In this document: piece by piece, positions 1 to 10,216 of the stretch
Layout of the letters: each line of letters begins with the position of its first letter
Position numbering within the stretch: position 1 is the stretch's first letter
Assembly: GCA_963724635.1 (NCBI GenBank)
Contig: CAVRVI010000005.1
Location: 41,040-105,039, forward strand
Reading direction: 5' to 3'
Origin: an uncultured Chloroflexia bacterium
GTDB taxonomy: Bacteria > Chloroflexota > Limnocylindria > Limnocylindrales > CSP1-4
DNA: 64,000 nt
The notes under the pieces: model-generated
Databases searched by the model: none
What the model was told of the DNA's origin: nothing
What the model saw: only the letters and a program-made list of their open reading frames with translations
Program-made: the position numbers and the translations under genes

Positions 1-20
1 GGGTCCTGGAGGTCGACGAC

Positions 21-863
21 GTGGCGGCCCCGCCTGAGCGGCGCCGATTCGCGCTTCCATCCGGCCATGCCGAGGTGCTGCTCGACGAGGAGAGTCCGAA
101 CCTGCTGGGACCGGTGACGCGGTTCATCGTGGGTTTCGCCCAGCGGATGCCGGACCTGCTCACGGCCTATCGGACGGGCGCCGGCGTCGATTGGGCCGAC
201 TACGGCCCGGATGTCATCGAGGCCCAGGAGGCGCTCAACCGCCCGCATTTCCAGCACTTCCTGCCCGAATGGATCGCGGCGCTGCCCGATGTCGCGGCAC
301 GCCTCGAGGCCGGCGGGCGCGTCGCGGATGTCGGCTGCGGCACCGGCTGGTCAACGGTCTGGTTCGCCCGCCACTACCCGGACGCCCGTGTCGACGGTAT
401 CGATATCGATGCCGGATCGATCGAGCGCGCGCGCCAGCGGGCGGCCCGCGAGGGCGTGGCCGACCGGGTCCGGTTCCTCATGGCCACGTCGGACGCGGCC
501 GCCGAGGGACGGGGCCAGTACGACCTCGTCGCGATCTTCGAGGCCCTCCACGACATGAACGATCCCGTGTCGGTGTTGGGGACGGCGCGCGACCTGCTCG
601 CGCCGGGCGGTGCCGTGCTCATCGCCGACGAGCGAACGGACGACGCGTTCAACACCTCCCCTGACTCCATCGACCGGATCTTCTATGGATACAGCGTGCT
701 CGGCTGCCTGCCCAACGGCCGGATCGGGGAGACCTCGGTGGCGACCGGGACGGTCATCCGCGCCGAGACCGTGGGGCGCTACGCCCGGGAGGCGGGATTC
801 ACGGGCGTGACCGTCCTGCCGACCGAGCACGGCCAATTCCGCTTCTATCGACTCGACCCGTAG
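21..863 (+). CDS. Class I SAM-dependent methyltransferase (possibly 5'-partial at window edge)
   Basis: The ORF is 280 aa. It has Rossmann motif I VADVGCGTGW followed by an acidic loop and DLVAIFEALHD. The reading frame stays open to the window start, so the true start may lie upstream. Confidence 0.7.
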   Translation: MAAPPERRRFALPSGHAEVLLDEESPNLLGPVTRFIVGFAQRMPDLLTAYRTGAGVDWADYGPDVIEAQEALNRPHFQHFLPEWIAALPDVAARLEAGGRVADVGCGTGWSTVWFARHYPDARVDGIDIDAGSIERARQRAAREGVADRVRFLMATSDAAAEGRGQYDLVAIFEALHDMNDPVSVLGTARDLLAPGGAVLIADERTDDAFNTSPDSIDRIFYGYSVLGCLPNGRIGETSVATGTVIRAETVGRYAREAGFTGVTVLPTEHGQFRFYRLDP

Positions 864-970
864 GGTTTCGGTTCCGGGCGTTTTGGTAGGCTGGGCCGCC
901 TAGCTCAGGGGCGGTTCGCGTCGAGCGATCGCCGCGCCACGGCCTGTCCGGAGCGCTAGGCTCTGCCGCG

Positions 971-1921
971 ATGACGGCTGACGAGACCCTCCGCGGCGAG
1001 CTGTATGACCACCTGGTCGGCGCGATGCAGCGCGTGCCGGAGCTGGCCGGGCGGACGCTCCACCTGGCGGCGTTGTCGGGCGGGATCACCAACCGCAACT
1101 TCCTCGTGACGGCGGAGGGCGCCGCGGATCGCTACGTCATCCGCCTGGCCGGCAACGACACCCACCTGCTGGGGATCAGCCGCGAGGTGGAGCATGCCGC
1201 GACCGTGGCCGCGGCGGGCGTGGGCGTCGGTCCGGAGGTGACGGCCTTCATCCGACCCGACGGCTATCTCGTGACCCGCTTCATCGAGGGGTCTCCGGTC
1301 AGCGACGAGTCCGTCCATACGCCGGAGACGCTCCATCGAGTGGCCGATTCGCTCCGACGCATCCATGACGGCCCGGCCATCCCCGGCATCTTCGTGCCGC
1401 TGCGGATCGTGGAGGCCTACCGGGCCCTGGCCCTCGCCCGTGGGGTCCGCATCCCCGGCGAGTACGACCTGGCGGCCGCCATCGGGCGGCGCATCGAGCT
1501 CGCCTGTCTGGCGGCCCCGCTGGAGCCGCGTCCGTGCCATAACGACCTGCTCAACGCGAACTTCATCGATGACGGGACGCGGATCCGGATCGTGGACTGG
1601 GAGTACGCCGGGATGGGCGACCCGTTCTTCGATCTCGGCAACTTCAGCATCAACCACGAGCTGACGCCCGACGAGGATGCCCTGCTGCTGGCCGCCTACG
1701 ACGGCACCACCGGTGCGCCACGTCCCGATCGGCTCGCCCGGCTGACGCTGATGCGCGTCGTCTCCGACTTCCGTGAAGCGATGTGGGGGGTCCTGCAGCA
1801 GGGCATCAGCACGCTCGATGTCGACTTCGTCGCCTACGCGGGCGAGCATTTCGACCGGCTCCTGGCGAACAGCTCGACACCGACCTTCGAGCGCGCTCTG
1901 CGCGAGGCCGCCGGCGACTGA
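971..1921 (+). CDS. Choline/ethanolamine-kinase-like phosphotransferase (APH/protein-kinase-like fold)
   Basis: The ORF is 316 aa. The catalytic loop is HNDLLNANF (HxDxxxxN). The sequence DWEYAGMGDPFFDLGN matches the choline-kinase IDxEYxxxNxxxFDIxN motif. Confidence 0.75.
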   Translation: MTADETLRGELYDHLVGAMQRVPELAGRTLHLAALSGGITNRNFLVTAEGAADRYVIRLAGNDTHLLGISREVEHAATVAAAGVGVGPEVTAFIRPDGYLVTRFIEGSPVSDESVHTPETLHRVADSLRRIHDGPAIPGIFVPLRIVEAYRALALARGVRIPGEYDLAAAIGRRIELACLAAPLEPRPCHNDLLNANFIDDGTRIRIVDWEYAGMGDPFFDLGNFSINHELTPDEDALLLAAYDGTTGAPRPDRLARLTLMRVVSDFREAMWGVLQQGISTLDVDFVAYAGEHFDRLLANSSTPTFERALREAAGD

Positions 1922-1947
1922 CTTCGTCGCCAGTCGCCCGACCGACG

Positions 1948-2733
1948 TCAGCGCACCTCGTCCACATCGGTCCACCACTGGCGTCGATCGCCGACCCGAT
2001 CGCGCATGCGCCAGGCCATCGGCTTCGGGTGGGCGTCGATCCTGGACTTGATCTCGCGGGTGGAGGCCACGACCCGCATCCGCTCGTCGTCGTCGAGCTG
2101 CGGATAGCCTGCGGCGAGGGCGGCGACCTTCTCCAGGTTCTGGGTGAGTGTCCGCCAGAGGCCCCATTCCTCGGCACACAGCCGCGCGATCCGATCGCCG
2201 TCGATCGTGTCGTCATCGCCCGTGCCGATCGGATGGTCCAGCAGCAGCAGGACGATATCGACGATGTCCTTCTCGTTGATTCGGACGATCTGCAGCTTCG
2301 AGAGGAGCAACTCGGCGATCGGGATGGTCGGCCGGTCCACCTCGAGGCGGCCTGCCAGCGGGATGACATGACAGAACTCGAGGCGGTCGTAGAACACATC
2401 GATGTGGATGTGCCGGGTGGGGTGATCGAAGATCGAGCGAGCGCCCTCGGACCCGATGTAGATCTCGCGATCATCAACGTACCCGAGATCGGCCATCGTC
2501 CGCGCGATGCCCTTCGCGTGGTGTCGATAGGCGGCGAAGTCGATGTCCGCGTAGGTGCGCTGGAAGCTCGGGATGATCGCTGCGGCGTCGTGGCTGTGGA
2601 GAGCCACGCCGATCGACCCGAGGACGCGCATCGTCACGCCCGCGACGTCGGCGGCGTCGATGATCCTCGAGACCTCGAGCTCGAGGAAGGCGCGATCGAT
2701 GACGAAGGCGGTCTGGTCACGCGGAGCGGTCAC
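1948..2733 (-). CDS. Hypothetical protein (possible nucleotidyltransferase-like)
   Basis: The ORF is 261 aa with protein-like composition and no Arg/Ala bias. It has GS...DID spacing that is only weakly reminiscent of the nucleotidyltransferase fold. No firm family assignment can be made from sequence alone. Confidence 0.45.
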   Translation of the reverse strand: MTAPRDQTAFVIDRAFLELEVSRIIDAADVAGVTMRVLGSIGVALHSHDAAAIIPSFQRTYADIDFAAYRHHAKGIARTMADLGYVDDREIYIGSEGARSIFDHPTRHIHIDVFYDRLEFCHVIPLAGRLEVDRPTIPIAELLLSKLQIVRINEKDIVDIVLLLLDHPIGTGDDDTIDGDRIARLCAEEWGLWRTLTQNLEKVAALAAGYPQLDDDERMRVVASTREIKSRIDAHPKPMAWRMRDRVGDRRQWWTDVDEVR

Positions 2734-2813
2734 GCGGCCGATCGTAGCCGAGCCGATCGCCCTGTGCGCGACCGCGACCCGGGGACTTCCCCGACGCCGT
2801 AACGTGTCGCGTC

Positions 2814-5253
2814 ATGGGCGTTGACCAGGCACGTGTCGTCGTCATCGGTGGCGGGATCACCGGCTGCAGTGTCGCCTACCACCTCGCGCTCGCCGGCTGG
2901 ACGGACGTCCTGCTCGTGGAGAAGGCGCAGCTGACCGCCGGATCCACGTGCCAGGCGGCCGGGCTGGTCACCGCGTTCAATCCGTCGTCGACGATGATGG
3001 CGATGCGCCGGTACAGCATCTCGCTCTACGAGCGGCTCGGGGCCTTCGAGCGCGTCGGGAGTCTGCGAATTGCGTCGTCGCCCGATCAGCTTCGCGAACT
3101 GCAGCGCACGGCCAGCCGCGCCCGGGGCGTCGGCCTGGACGCCGAGGTCGTCGGACCCGACGAAGCCCGGGCACTGATGCCGGCCGCCTCGCCGGAGCAC
3201 CTGTTCGGGGCGGTCTACCTGGCGGGCGACGGCCACCTCGACCCGCACGGCGCGACCCATGCGGTGGCTGACGCGGCCCGAGCGCTCGGCGTCCGCATCC
3301 GGCAAGGTGTCCGCGTCACTGGCTTCGACCTCACGCCCGCGCGGGCGATCCGGCGCGTCCTGACCGACGCCGGACCGATCGACACCGAGGTCGTGGTGGA
3401 TGCGGCGGGGATCTGGGCGCCGCAGGTCGCGGCGATGGTCGGCGGCTTTCTGCCCTCGACCCCGGTCGACCACCAGCACATCGCCCTCAAGGCCGTCCCG
3501 GGCTACGAACTGCCGCGCGAGATGCCGTGTTTCCGCGACCCGGACAACCTCGTCTACGGCAAGAGCGAGAACGGCGGGATGGTCTTCGGCGGGTACGAGC
3601 TCGACCCGGTATCGCGCTGGGAGGATGGTGTCCCGTGGGATCACGCGGCCCGGTCCATGCCCCCGGATTACGAGCGGTTCGCACCGCTCATGGCCGGCGC
3701 GGTTCGGCGCTTCCCGTTCCTGGGCGATGCCGAGGTGATCCGGCTGGTGTGCCACCCCGACGCCATGACACCGGATGCCGCTCCGCTCCTCGGACCGCTG
3801 CCCGAGGTCGATGGCTTCTGGGTCGCCGCGGGGCTGTCGCTCAACGGGTTCGGTGGGGGAGGCGGCATCGGCCGGGCGCTGGCCGGCTGGATCACCGCCG
3901 GTGATCCCGGACTGGACATCGGACCGTATCGGGCCTGGCGGTTCGCCGAAACGTATCGCGACCCGACGTTCGCCGCCGGGCTCGGACGCGAGACCTACAG
4001 CGACTACTACCGGCTGCGCTACCCCCATGATGCGGACCTGGCGGGCCGGCCGCGCCGCCTCTCCCCGTTGCACGGCCGGCTGCAGGAGGCCGGGGCGGTG
4101 TTCGGGACGAAGGCCGGCTGGGAACGGGCCGATCACCACGAGCCGGGCCGTCCGTGGCGCCGCTCGGGCCGCGATCAGGCCGCGTACGGTTGGGCACAGC
4201 CACCCTGGTTCGATCGGGTCGTCGCCGAGGGCCGGGCTGTCCGCGAGCGCGCCGGCATCATCGACCTCAGCTCCTTCGGCAAGATCGACGTGCGTGGGCC
4301 CGGGGCCCTGGCGCTGCTGCAGGCCATCGCCGCCAACGACGTCGACCGGCCCGTCGGGAGCGTCGATCTACACGCCGTGGTGTGACGAGCGTGGTGGGAT
4401 CGTCGCCGACGTGACGGTGACCCGGGAGGCCGAGGACGCCTTCCGGGTCGTGACCGGCGCCGGCTTCGTGGCATCGGACGTGGCCTGGCTCCGGGCGCAC
4501 CGGCCCTCGGCGATGGACGTCGCCATCCGCGATGTCAGTGACGAGATCGCCACGATCGGACTGTGGGGCCCGCGCGCGCGCGACATCCTGGTGGCGGCCG
4601 GGGCACGCGACGTCACGGACGCGGCCCTGCGGACTGCGCCAGGCGCGGGCCATCACCGTCGGCGCCGCCCCCGTCACCGCGGCCCGGATCAGCTATGCCG
4701 GCGAACTGGGCTGGGAGCTGTCGATGACCCGGGCGTGGGCGGTGTCGGTCTGGGATGCGCTTCGGGATGCCGGCGAGGCCTTCGGCCTGGAGCCGTTCGG
4801 CTACCGCGCCCTGGATGCCCTGCGGATGGAGAAGGGGTATCGCTACTACGGGACGGACATGACCATGCTCGAAACCCCGGACGAGGCGGGGCTGGGCGGC
4901 ATGGTCCGCCTGGGCAAGGGGCCGTTCCTGGGCCGCGAGGCGCTCGAGGTGCGGCGCGCCGTGGCTTCGGTGGGACCGAGCCGTCGGCTCACGACGCTCC
5001 TGATCGGCCGCGACGCGGCCTATCTCCCGGTCTTCGGTGGCGAGGCCGTCCGCGAGGACGGCGTCGTGGTCGGTCGATTGCGCAGCGTGGCCTTCGGTCC
5101 GACGGTGGAACGCACCATCGGCTACGTGTATCGTTCCGCGGAGGTCAAGGAGGGAGCCGACCCTGACGGTGGACGTGTTCGACGAACACATCCCGGCGTA
5201 CCCCGCCCCGGACGTCCTCGTGGGATCCCGGTGGCGACCGGATGCGCGGCTGA
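2814..5253 (+). pseudogene. FAD-dependent oxidoreductase / aminomethyltransferase (GcvT) fusion, dimethylglycine-oxidase or sarcosine-dehydrogenase-like, copy 1; frameshifted in this sequence
   Basis: The N-terminus has the FAD motif VVVIGGGITGCSVAYHL. The C-terminus has the GcvT signatures YAGELGWEL and RMEKGY. The reading frame moves 0 to 1 to 2 to 0 to 1. There are four +1 insertions, near 4370, 4635, 5150 and 5225, and several extend G/C runs. The reconstructed C-terminus ends at the TGA at 5251-5253. Confidence 0.8.
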
Positions 5254-5265
5254 GGCGACGCAGGC

Positions 5266-6264
5266 ATGCGGTTCCCGGGCCGAGGACGCTCCGAGAAGGG
5301 CACGACCGTGTTCTTCGCCACGGATGTCCACGGCTCCGAGCGGACCTGGCGCAAGTTCCTCAACGCCGCCGCCTTCTATCACGCCGACGTGCTGGTCATG
5401 GGCGGCGACGTCATGGGCAAGCTCGTGATCCCGCGTCATCCGCGAGGCGGACGGACGGCATCGGGCGACGATCCACGGCCGGGTGGAACGCCTGGACACC
5501 GCGGCCGACGTGGACCGGGCCCGCCAGCGCATCGCCGACCTGGGGTTCTACGACACCGTCGATGGACGAGGATGCGTACCTCGCCACGCGCGACGACCGG
5601 CGCGCGGTGGAGACGCTCTGGCGGGACCTGGCGACCGAACGGCTGACGCGCTGGATCGCGATGTGCGAGGACCGCCTGGGGCCGGCCGGGATCCGCTGCT
5701 ACGTGAGTGGTGGCAACGACGACCTGACCGAGGTCATGACCGCCCTGCCGGCGAGCGGCACCCGGTCCTTCGTTGGTTGCGAGGGACGGGTCGTTCCCCT
5801 TGACGATCGCCACGCCATGATCAGCCTGCCGTACGTCAACCCGACGCCATGGCACACGCCGCGCGAGGCCCCCGAAACGGAGTTGGCCGAGATGATCGAG
5901 GAGATCGGTGGCGGGTCTGCCGGACCTCGGTCACGCGATCTTCAATTTCCACGCTCCGCCGGTCGATTCGACGCTCGATACGTGCCCGATGCTGGACGCG
6001 TCCACCGATCCACCGTCACAGATCGTGCGCGGCGGCCAGCCGGTCCTCTATGGAGCGGGCAGCACGGCGGTGCGGGCCGCGATCGACCAGCACCAGCCGC
6101 TGCTCGGCCTGCACGGCCATATCCACGAGTCGCAGGCGGCGGCCAGGTTGGGCCGGACGCTCTGCATCAACCCCGGGAGCGAGTACGGCGAGGGCGTGCT
6201 GCGTGGATGCCTCGTCTCGCTCGGTGACGGCAAGGTGAAGGGCTACCAGATGACGGCCGGCTGA
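5266..6264 (+). pseudogene. Calcineurin-like metallophosphoesterase (cytoplasmic), frameshifted in this sequence
   Basis: The sequence contains FFATDVHG...VLVMGGDVMGK, then YVSGGNDD, then LGLHGHIHESQ. It is split across frames 1, 2, 0 and 1, with +1 shifts near 5435, 5565 and 5910. Confidence 0.65.
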
Positions 6265-6335
6265 GCGCCGGAGGAGGAGGTGAGGTCGATCGACCGTCCC
6301 AGCGGTCCTCGCGCTATCGAGCCCACGTACTCGAG

Positions 6336-8002
6336 GTGACTTGGATGGCGACAGCCGTAACGGCGACACCAGAAGTCTTCGTCCGGAAGTCGTCCGGACT
6401 CGTCCGAGTCATGTCCCCGTCGTCGGCGTTCATCTACAACGTCCTCACGATGGGCCTCATCTTTCCGTGGACCTATCTCTGGGCGCCCGGGGCGTTGCCG
6501 GGCGGCCAGCTGGTCTGGGGGATCCTCCTCGCGATGCTCCTGGAGATCCCCATCGCCCTTTCGTATGTCTGGCTGTCGACCGCGTTCCCGCGGACCGGCG
6601 GCGACTACGTCTTCCAGAGCCGGGTGTTCGGCGGTGGACTCGCGTTCACCGTGGTCTTCTCCGGCTTCGTGATCTGGATCCTCCAGTGGGTGGCCCTCTC
6701 GGGCTGGCTGCTGGCCACCCTGGGATTCGCGCCCCTGTTCCTTGGCCTGGCGGCGGCCACGGGCAACAGCTCACTCGTGGACATCTCGACCTGGTTCACG
6801 ACGCCGACCGGGATCATCATCACGAGCGTGGCGAACGCCCTGCTCGCCCTCGTGATCCTCGTCTCGGGATTCCGCAACTACATCCGGCTCCAGCGGGTCA
6901 TGTGGATCGCGATCCTGGTCTCGTTCGGGACCATGCTCCTGGTCCTCGTCACGACCCCGAGCGCCGATGTCCCTGGGAAGCTCGACGCGTTCTCGGCGGC
7001 CATCGGTGGGTCCGCCGCGTTCACCGCCGAGGCGACGGCCGCCGCGGTCGCGAGCGGTGTCGACCTGAACCCGGCGTTCAGCCTGTTGGCGACGCTGCTC
7101 ATCGCGCCGATCGCGTGGACCTCGCTCCAGTGGGCGACGTACAGCAGCCAGCAGAACGGTGAGATCAAGAGTGCCGGGTCGTTCCGCGATCAGGCCTACA
7201 TCATCGTCGGTTCGCTTGATCCTCACGGGCTTCCTGTTGGCCCTCCTGGCGTTCGTGCTGGAGAACACGGTCGGTACGCAGTTCCTCTACGTGGCCGGTG
7301 CCGGCTATTGGAGCGGGGTCGGCGAGGCGACGCTCGCGGGGTCCTACCTGTGGCCCAACATCATCGCGACGGCCCTGGCCGACAACGTGATCGTCACGCT
7401 GTTGATCGCCTTCGGCTTCATCCTCAACGGCCATCAGATCGTGCACAACTGCTACATCGGGATGACCCGGGTCATGCTCGCGATGTCGTTCGATCGACTG
7501 CTCCCGGAGTGGGTGAGCCGCGTCAGCGATCGCCTGCACACCCCTGTGAACGCCCACGTCATCTACTTCCTGGCCAGCATCCCCGTGATCTTCCTGTACA
7601 ACCTGTTCGCCTACGGCGAAGGGGACGACACGGTCTCGTGGGCGTCGCTCACGCTCGGCGTGACGTTCGCCTGCGGATACGTGTTCGTGGTCACGGCACT
7701 CGCTGGAGCGTTGCTCCCGTTCCGGGCCAAGGCCGCGTACGAAGCATCACCCGGGCTCCAAGTACACCCTGGGTGGATTCCCCCTGGTGACGATCATCGG
7801 CCTGCTGGGGGCCGCCTTCGGAGTGGTCTTCCTGTACCTGTTCCTGACCAACGACCAGCTGGGCCTGACGAGTCAGCTGGCGTATGCCGTCGTGGGCGGC
7901 GTCCTGCTCTTCGCGGCCGCGTGGTATCTCATCGCGAAGCAGCTGCGCCGGTCCAGCGGCATCAACGTGGACTACGCGTTCAAGGAGATCCCACCCGAGT
8001 GA
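6336..8002 (+). pseudogene. APC-family amino acid/polyamine permease, frameshifted in this sequence
   Basis: Hydrophobic multi-TM protein continues in frames 0, 1 and 2. The junctions are near 7210 and near 7770. At the second junction a ggg run sits where ggc is expected. Confidence 0.7.
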
Positions 8003-8065
8003 GCCGGGCCGCGACGGCCCAGCCGAGCATGCATGGCCCGGACGGTCCGCCGTCCGGGCCTTCGA

Positions 8066-8992
8066 TCATGGTTCGCCGGCAGCCGTGGCCGCGAGCCATA
8101 CCTCGAAGTCGGGCGAATCCAGCGCCGCCTGCGCTCGCGCCCAGCGTTCCTCGGCCCAGCCGGCGAAGTCGTAGTCGATCGGAGAGATCGCGGCCTGGAT
8201 GGCCGCCCAGAGCGTCCACCCGACGTCCGACATGATCATCTGGAGCCGCATCCGGGCGAGCATCGCCTCCGTGGCCTCCCCGAAGTACGCGGAGCACAGC
8301 GCCCGCACGCGATCCTCGTCCCAGCCCAGCTCCTGGCACGTGTTCCCGAGCTCGAAGGTCGGGTCGTTGTTGCCGCTGTATTCGTAGTCCACGATCCACA
8401 GCCGCTCCCCGTCGTCGAGGTAGTTCTCGGCGAGGAGGTCGTTGTGGCACGGGACGGTGGGCAGGGGGTGGACCGCGAGGGCCGCGGCGATGCGCGGGAT
8501 CCGATCCATCCGCTCGCGATACCCGTCCGGGATGGCGATGTCGCGCTCGTCCACGACCCGCAGGTAGCGCGCCGCGAGGTCGACCATGTCGAAGTCGTCG
8601 TGGAAGCGCGGGCCGGCGTGCAGGCGCCGCAACGCCTCCGCTACCCGTCCCGGTGCGCCCGGTGCCGCGAACGCTTCGTTGGACATCGTCCGGGCCGGGA
8701 TCCAGGCCAGGACGAACGCGTCCCACGCCGGCAGGTGGTGGAGGACCGAGGGACCGGCACCAGCCTCCGCGGCGGCGCGCGTGTTGTGGAGCTCGTTGGC
8801 GCGATCCACCGCGAGGAGGTCGGTGCCCGGACCCGGGATGCGCACGAAGACCGGTTCGCCATCGACCTCCACGCGCCAGTTCTGGTTGGTGAGTCCGGCG
8901 GGGATCGACTCGATCCGGATCGACCGGCCCGTCCAGTCCGGGATCGCGGCGATGACCTGCTCGATCGTCGGGATCGCCGGGGCCTTGGTCAT
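8066..8992 (-). CDS. Choline/ethanolamine-kinase-like phosphotransferase, paralog of 971-1921
   Basis: The ORF is 308 aa. It has HNDLLAENY and DYEYSGNNDPTFELGN. Its start overlaps the stop of the upstream phosphoesterase gene as TGATG. Confidence 0.75.
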   Translation of the reverse strand: MTKAPAIPTIEQVIAAIPDWTGRSIRIESIPAGLTNQNWRVEVDGEPVFVRIPGPGTDLLAVDRANELHNTRAAAEAGAGPSVLHHLPAWDAFVLAWIPARTMSNEAFAAPGAPGRVAEALRRLHAGPRFHDDFDMVDLAARYLRVVDERDIAIPDGYRERMDRIPRIAAALAVHPLPTVPCHNDLLAENYLDDGERLWIVDYEYSGNNDPTFELGNTCQELGWDEDRVRALCSAYFGEATEAMLARMRLQMIMSDVGWTLWAAIQAAISPIDYDFAGWAEERWARAQAALDSPDFEVWLAATAAGEP

Positions 8993-10060
8993 CAGTGGCA
9001 GCGACCCACGCCGCGGTCCGAGAAGTCGGTCGACGCGCCCTGGAAATGCCAGTCGTACGAGCCATCATGGAGCGTCAGGGCCAGGACGCCGAAGTCGATG
9101 GATGCGCGCAGCTCGCTATTGGGCTGGATATCGCCGAACTCGTTCAGTTCCCGGCCGCCCGTCCCCACCACGAACTCGCGGATCCCGCGAGCCGGGTCCG
9201 CACGGGCGTCTGGGTCCTGCGGTGCGAATCGCTCGTAGTCGTGGTCGTGGCCGTTGACGATCACGTCGGCGCCGCCGGCGTAGAGGGCCTGCCAGAACGG
9301 GTCCATGCCCCGGATCGTTGCCGTGCTCGGACCCGGAGCTGAACCGAGGCACATGGAAGATGGCGATCGTGCACTGGGCCGTCGAGTCCGCCAGCTCGGC
9401 CGCGAGCCAGCGGCCCTGTGGGGAGTCCGGGCGGCAGCCGCCGACCTTGCCACACGCGGAGTCCAGCATGATCACGCGCCACGTCCCGAGGTCGTGGGCG
9501 TACCACGTCGACCCGTCCTCGCCCGTCGCCGCGGCCCCGAAATAGGCGCGATAGCCGGCGAGGTCCCGCGTCTTCCATTCGTGGTTCCCCGGCACGGGCC
9601 AGGTGCGATCGAGATGGCGCCCCCAGGTCGGCGCGTAGCAGGCTTCGAACTCCTCGATCGTCCCCTTCTCGTAGACGCTGTCACCGGCCACGAAGACCGT
9701 GCCGTCGATCTGGTCGAGCAGTTTCGCCGTGGCCTCGTCATCGTCGTACTTGCAGCCGGCGACGTCCCCGGCGCCCACGAGGACCGGGTCCCCGGCCGAG
9801 GGCTGGAGGCTGGACGTGGGGCTGGCGATGGGACTCGCCGATGGATCCACGGGCGAGGTGGTCGATTCGGAGGGGATCGCGGTGGGCGACGTGACCGGCA
9901 CGACGGTCCGGGTCGGCGTCGGGCTCGCCACGACGGCCGCAGACGCCGAGGGCGTGTCGCTGGCCCGCCCGATCACGCCCGTCAGGCCGGCGAGCACCAG
10001 CAGGGTCGCCGCGAACACGACGACCCCGAGCAGCACCTGACGCACCATCGTTCGATCCAT
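8992..10060 (-). pseudogene. Membrane-anchored/secreted calcineurin-like metallophosphoesterase with Ser/Pro/Thr-rich linker; one frameshift
   Basis: There is an N-terminal TM helix, then a long S/P/T-rich linker, then GDxxY...GNHE motifs. The C-terminal FWQALYAGGADVIVNGHDHDYERF is in another frame, with the shift near 9330. Confidence 0.65.
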
Positions 10061-10216
10061 GCCCGGGCCAGCCTACCTGACGACGGCCGATGCGGGTGTC
10101 CGACCCATGGCGCGGTCCACCCCATGACGCGGTCCACCGACCGGGCGTGCCCGCGCGGTCGCCACTCGCTAGGCTGTCGACGACAGCGGTCGAGGAGCCG
10201 GAGGTTGGGACAGGCG

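Noticed and set aside
956-2179. 407-aa ORF on the minus strand overlapping the kinase gene
   Set aside because: It is Arg/Ala/Gly-rich with low complexity. It is antisense to a well-supported kinase CDS. This is a typical spurious open frame in 70% GC DNA.
9305-10216. N-terminal 300 codons of the 960-aa + strand ORF preceding the copy-2 oxidase
   Set aside because: The segment is antisense to the secreted metallophosphoesterase. Its composition is RRGR-rich. The oxidase has a proper FAD-motif N-terminus starting at 10217.
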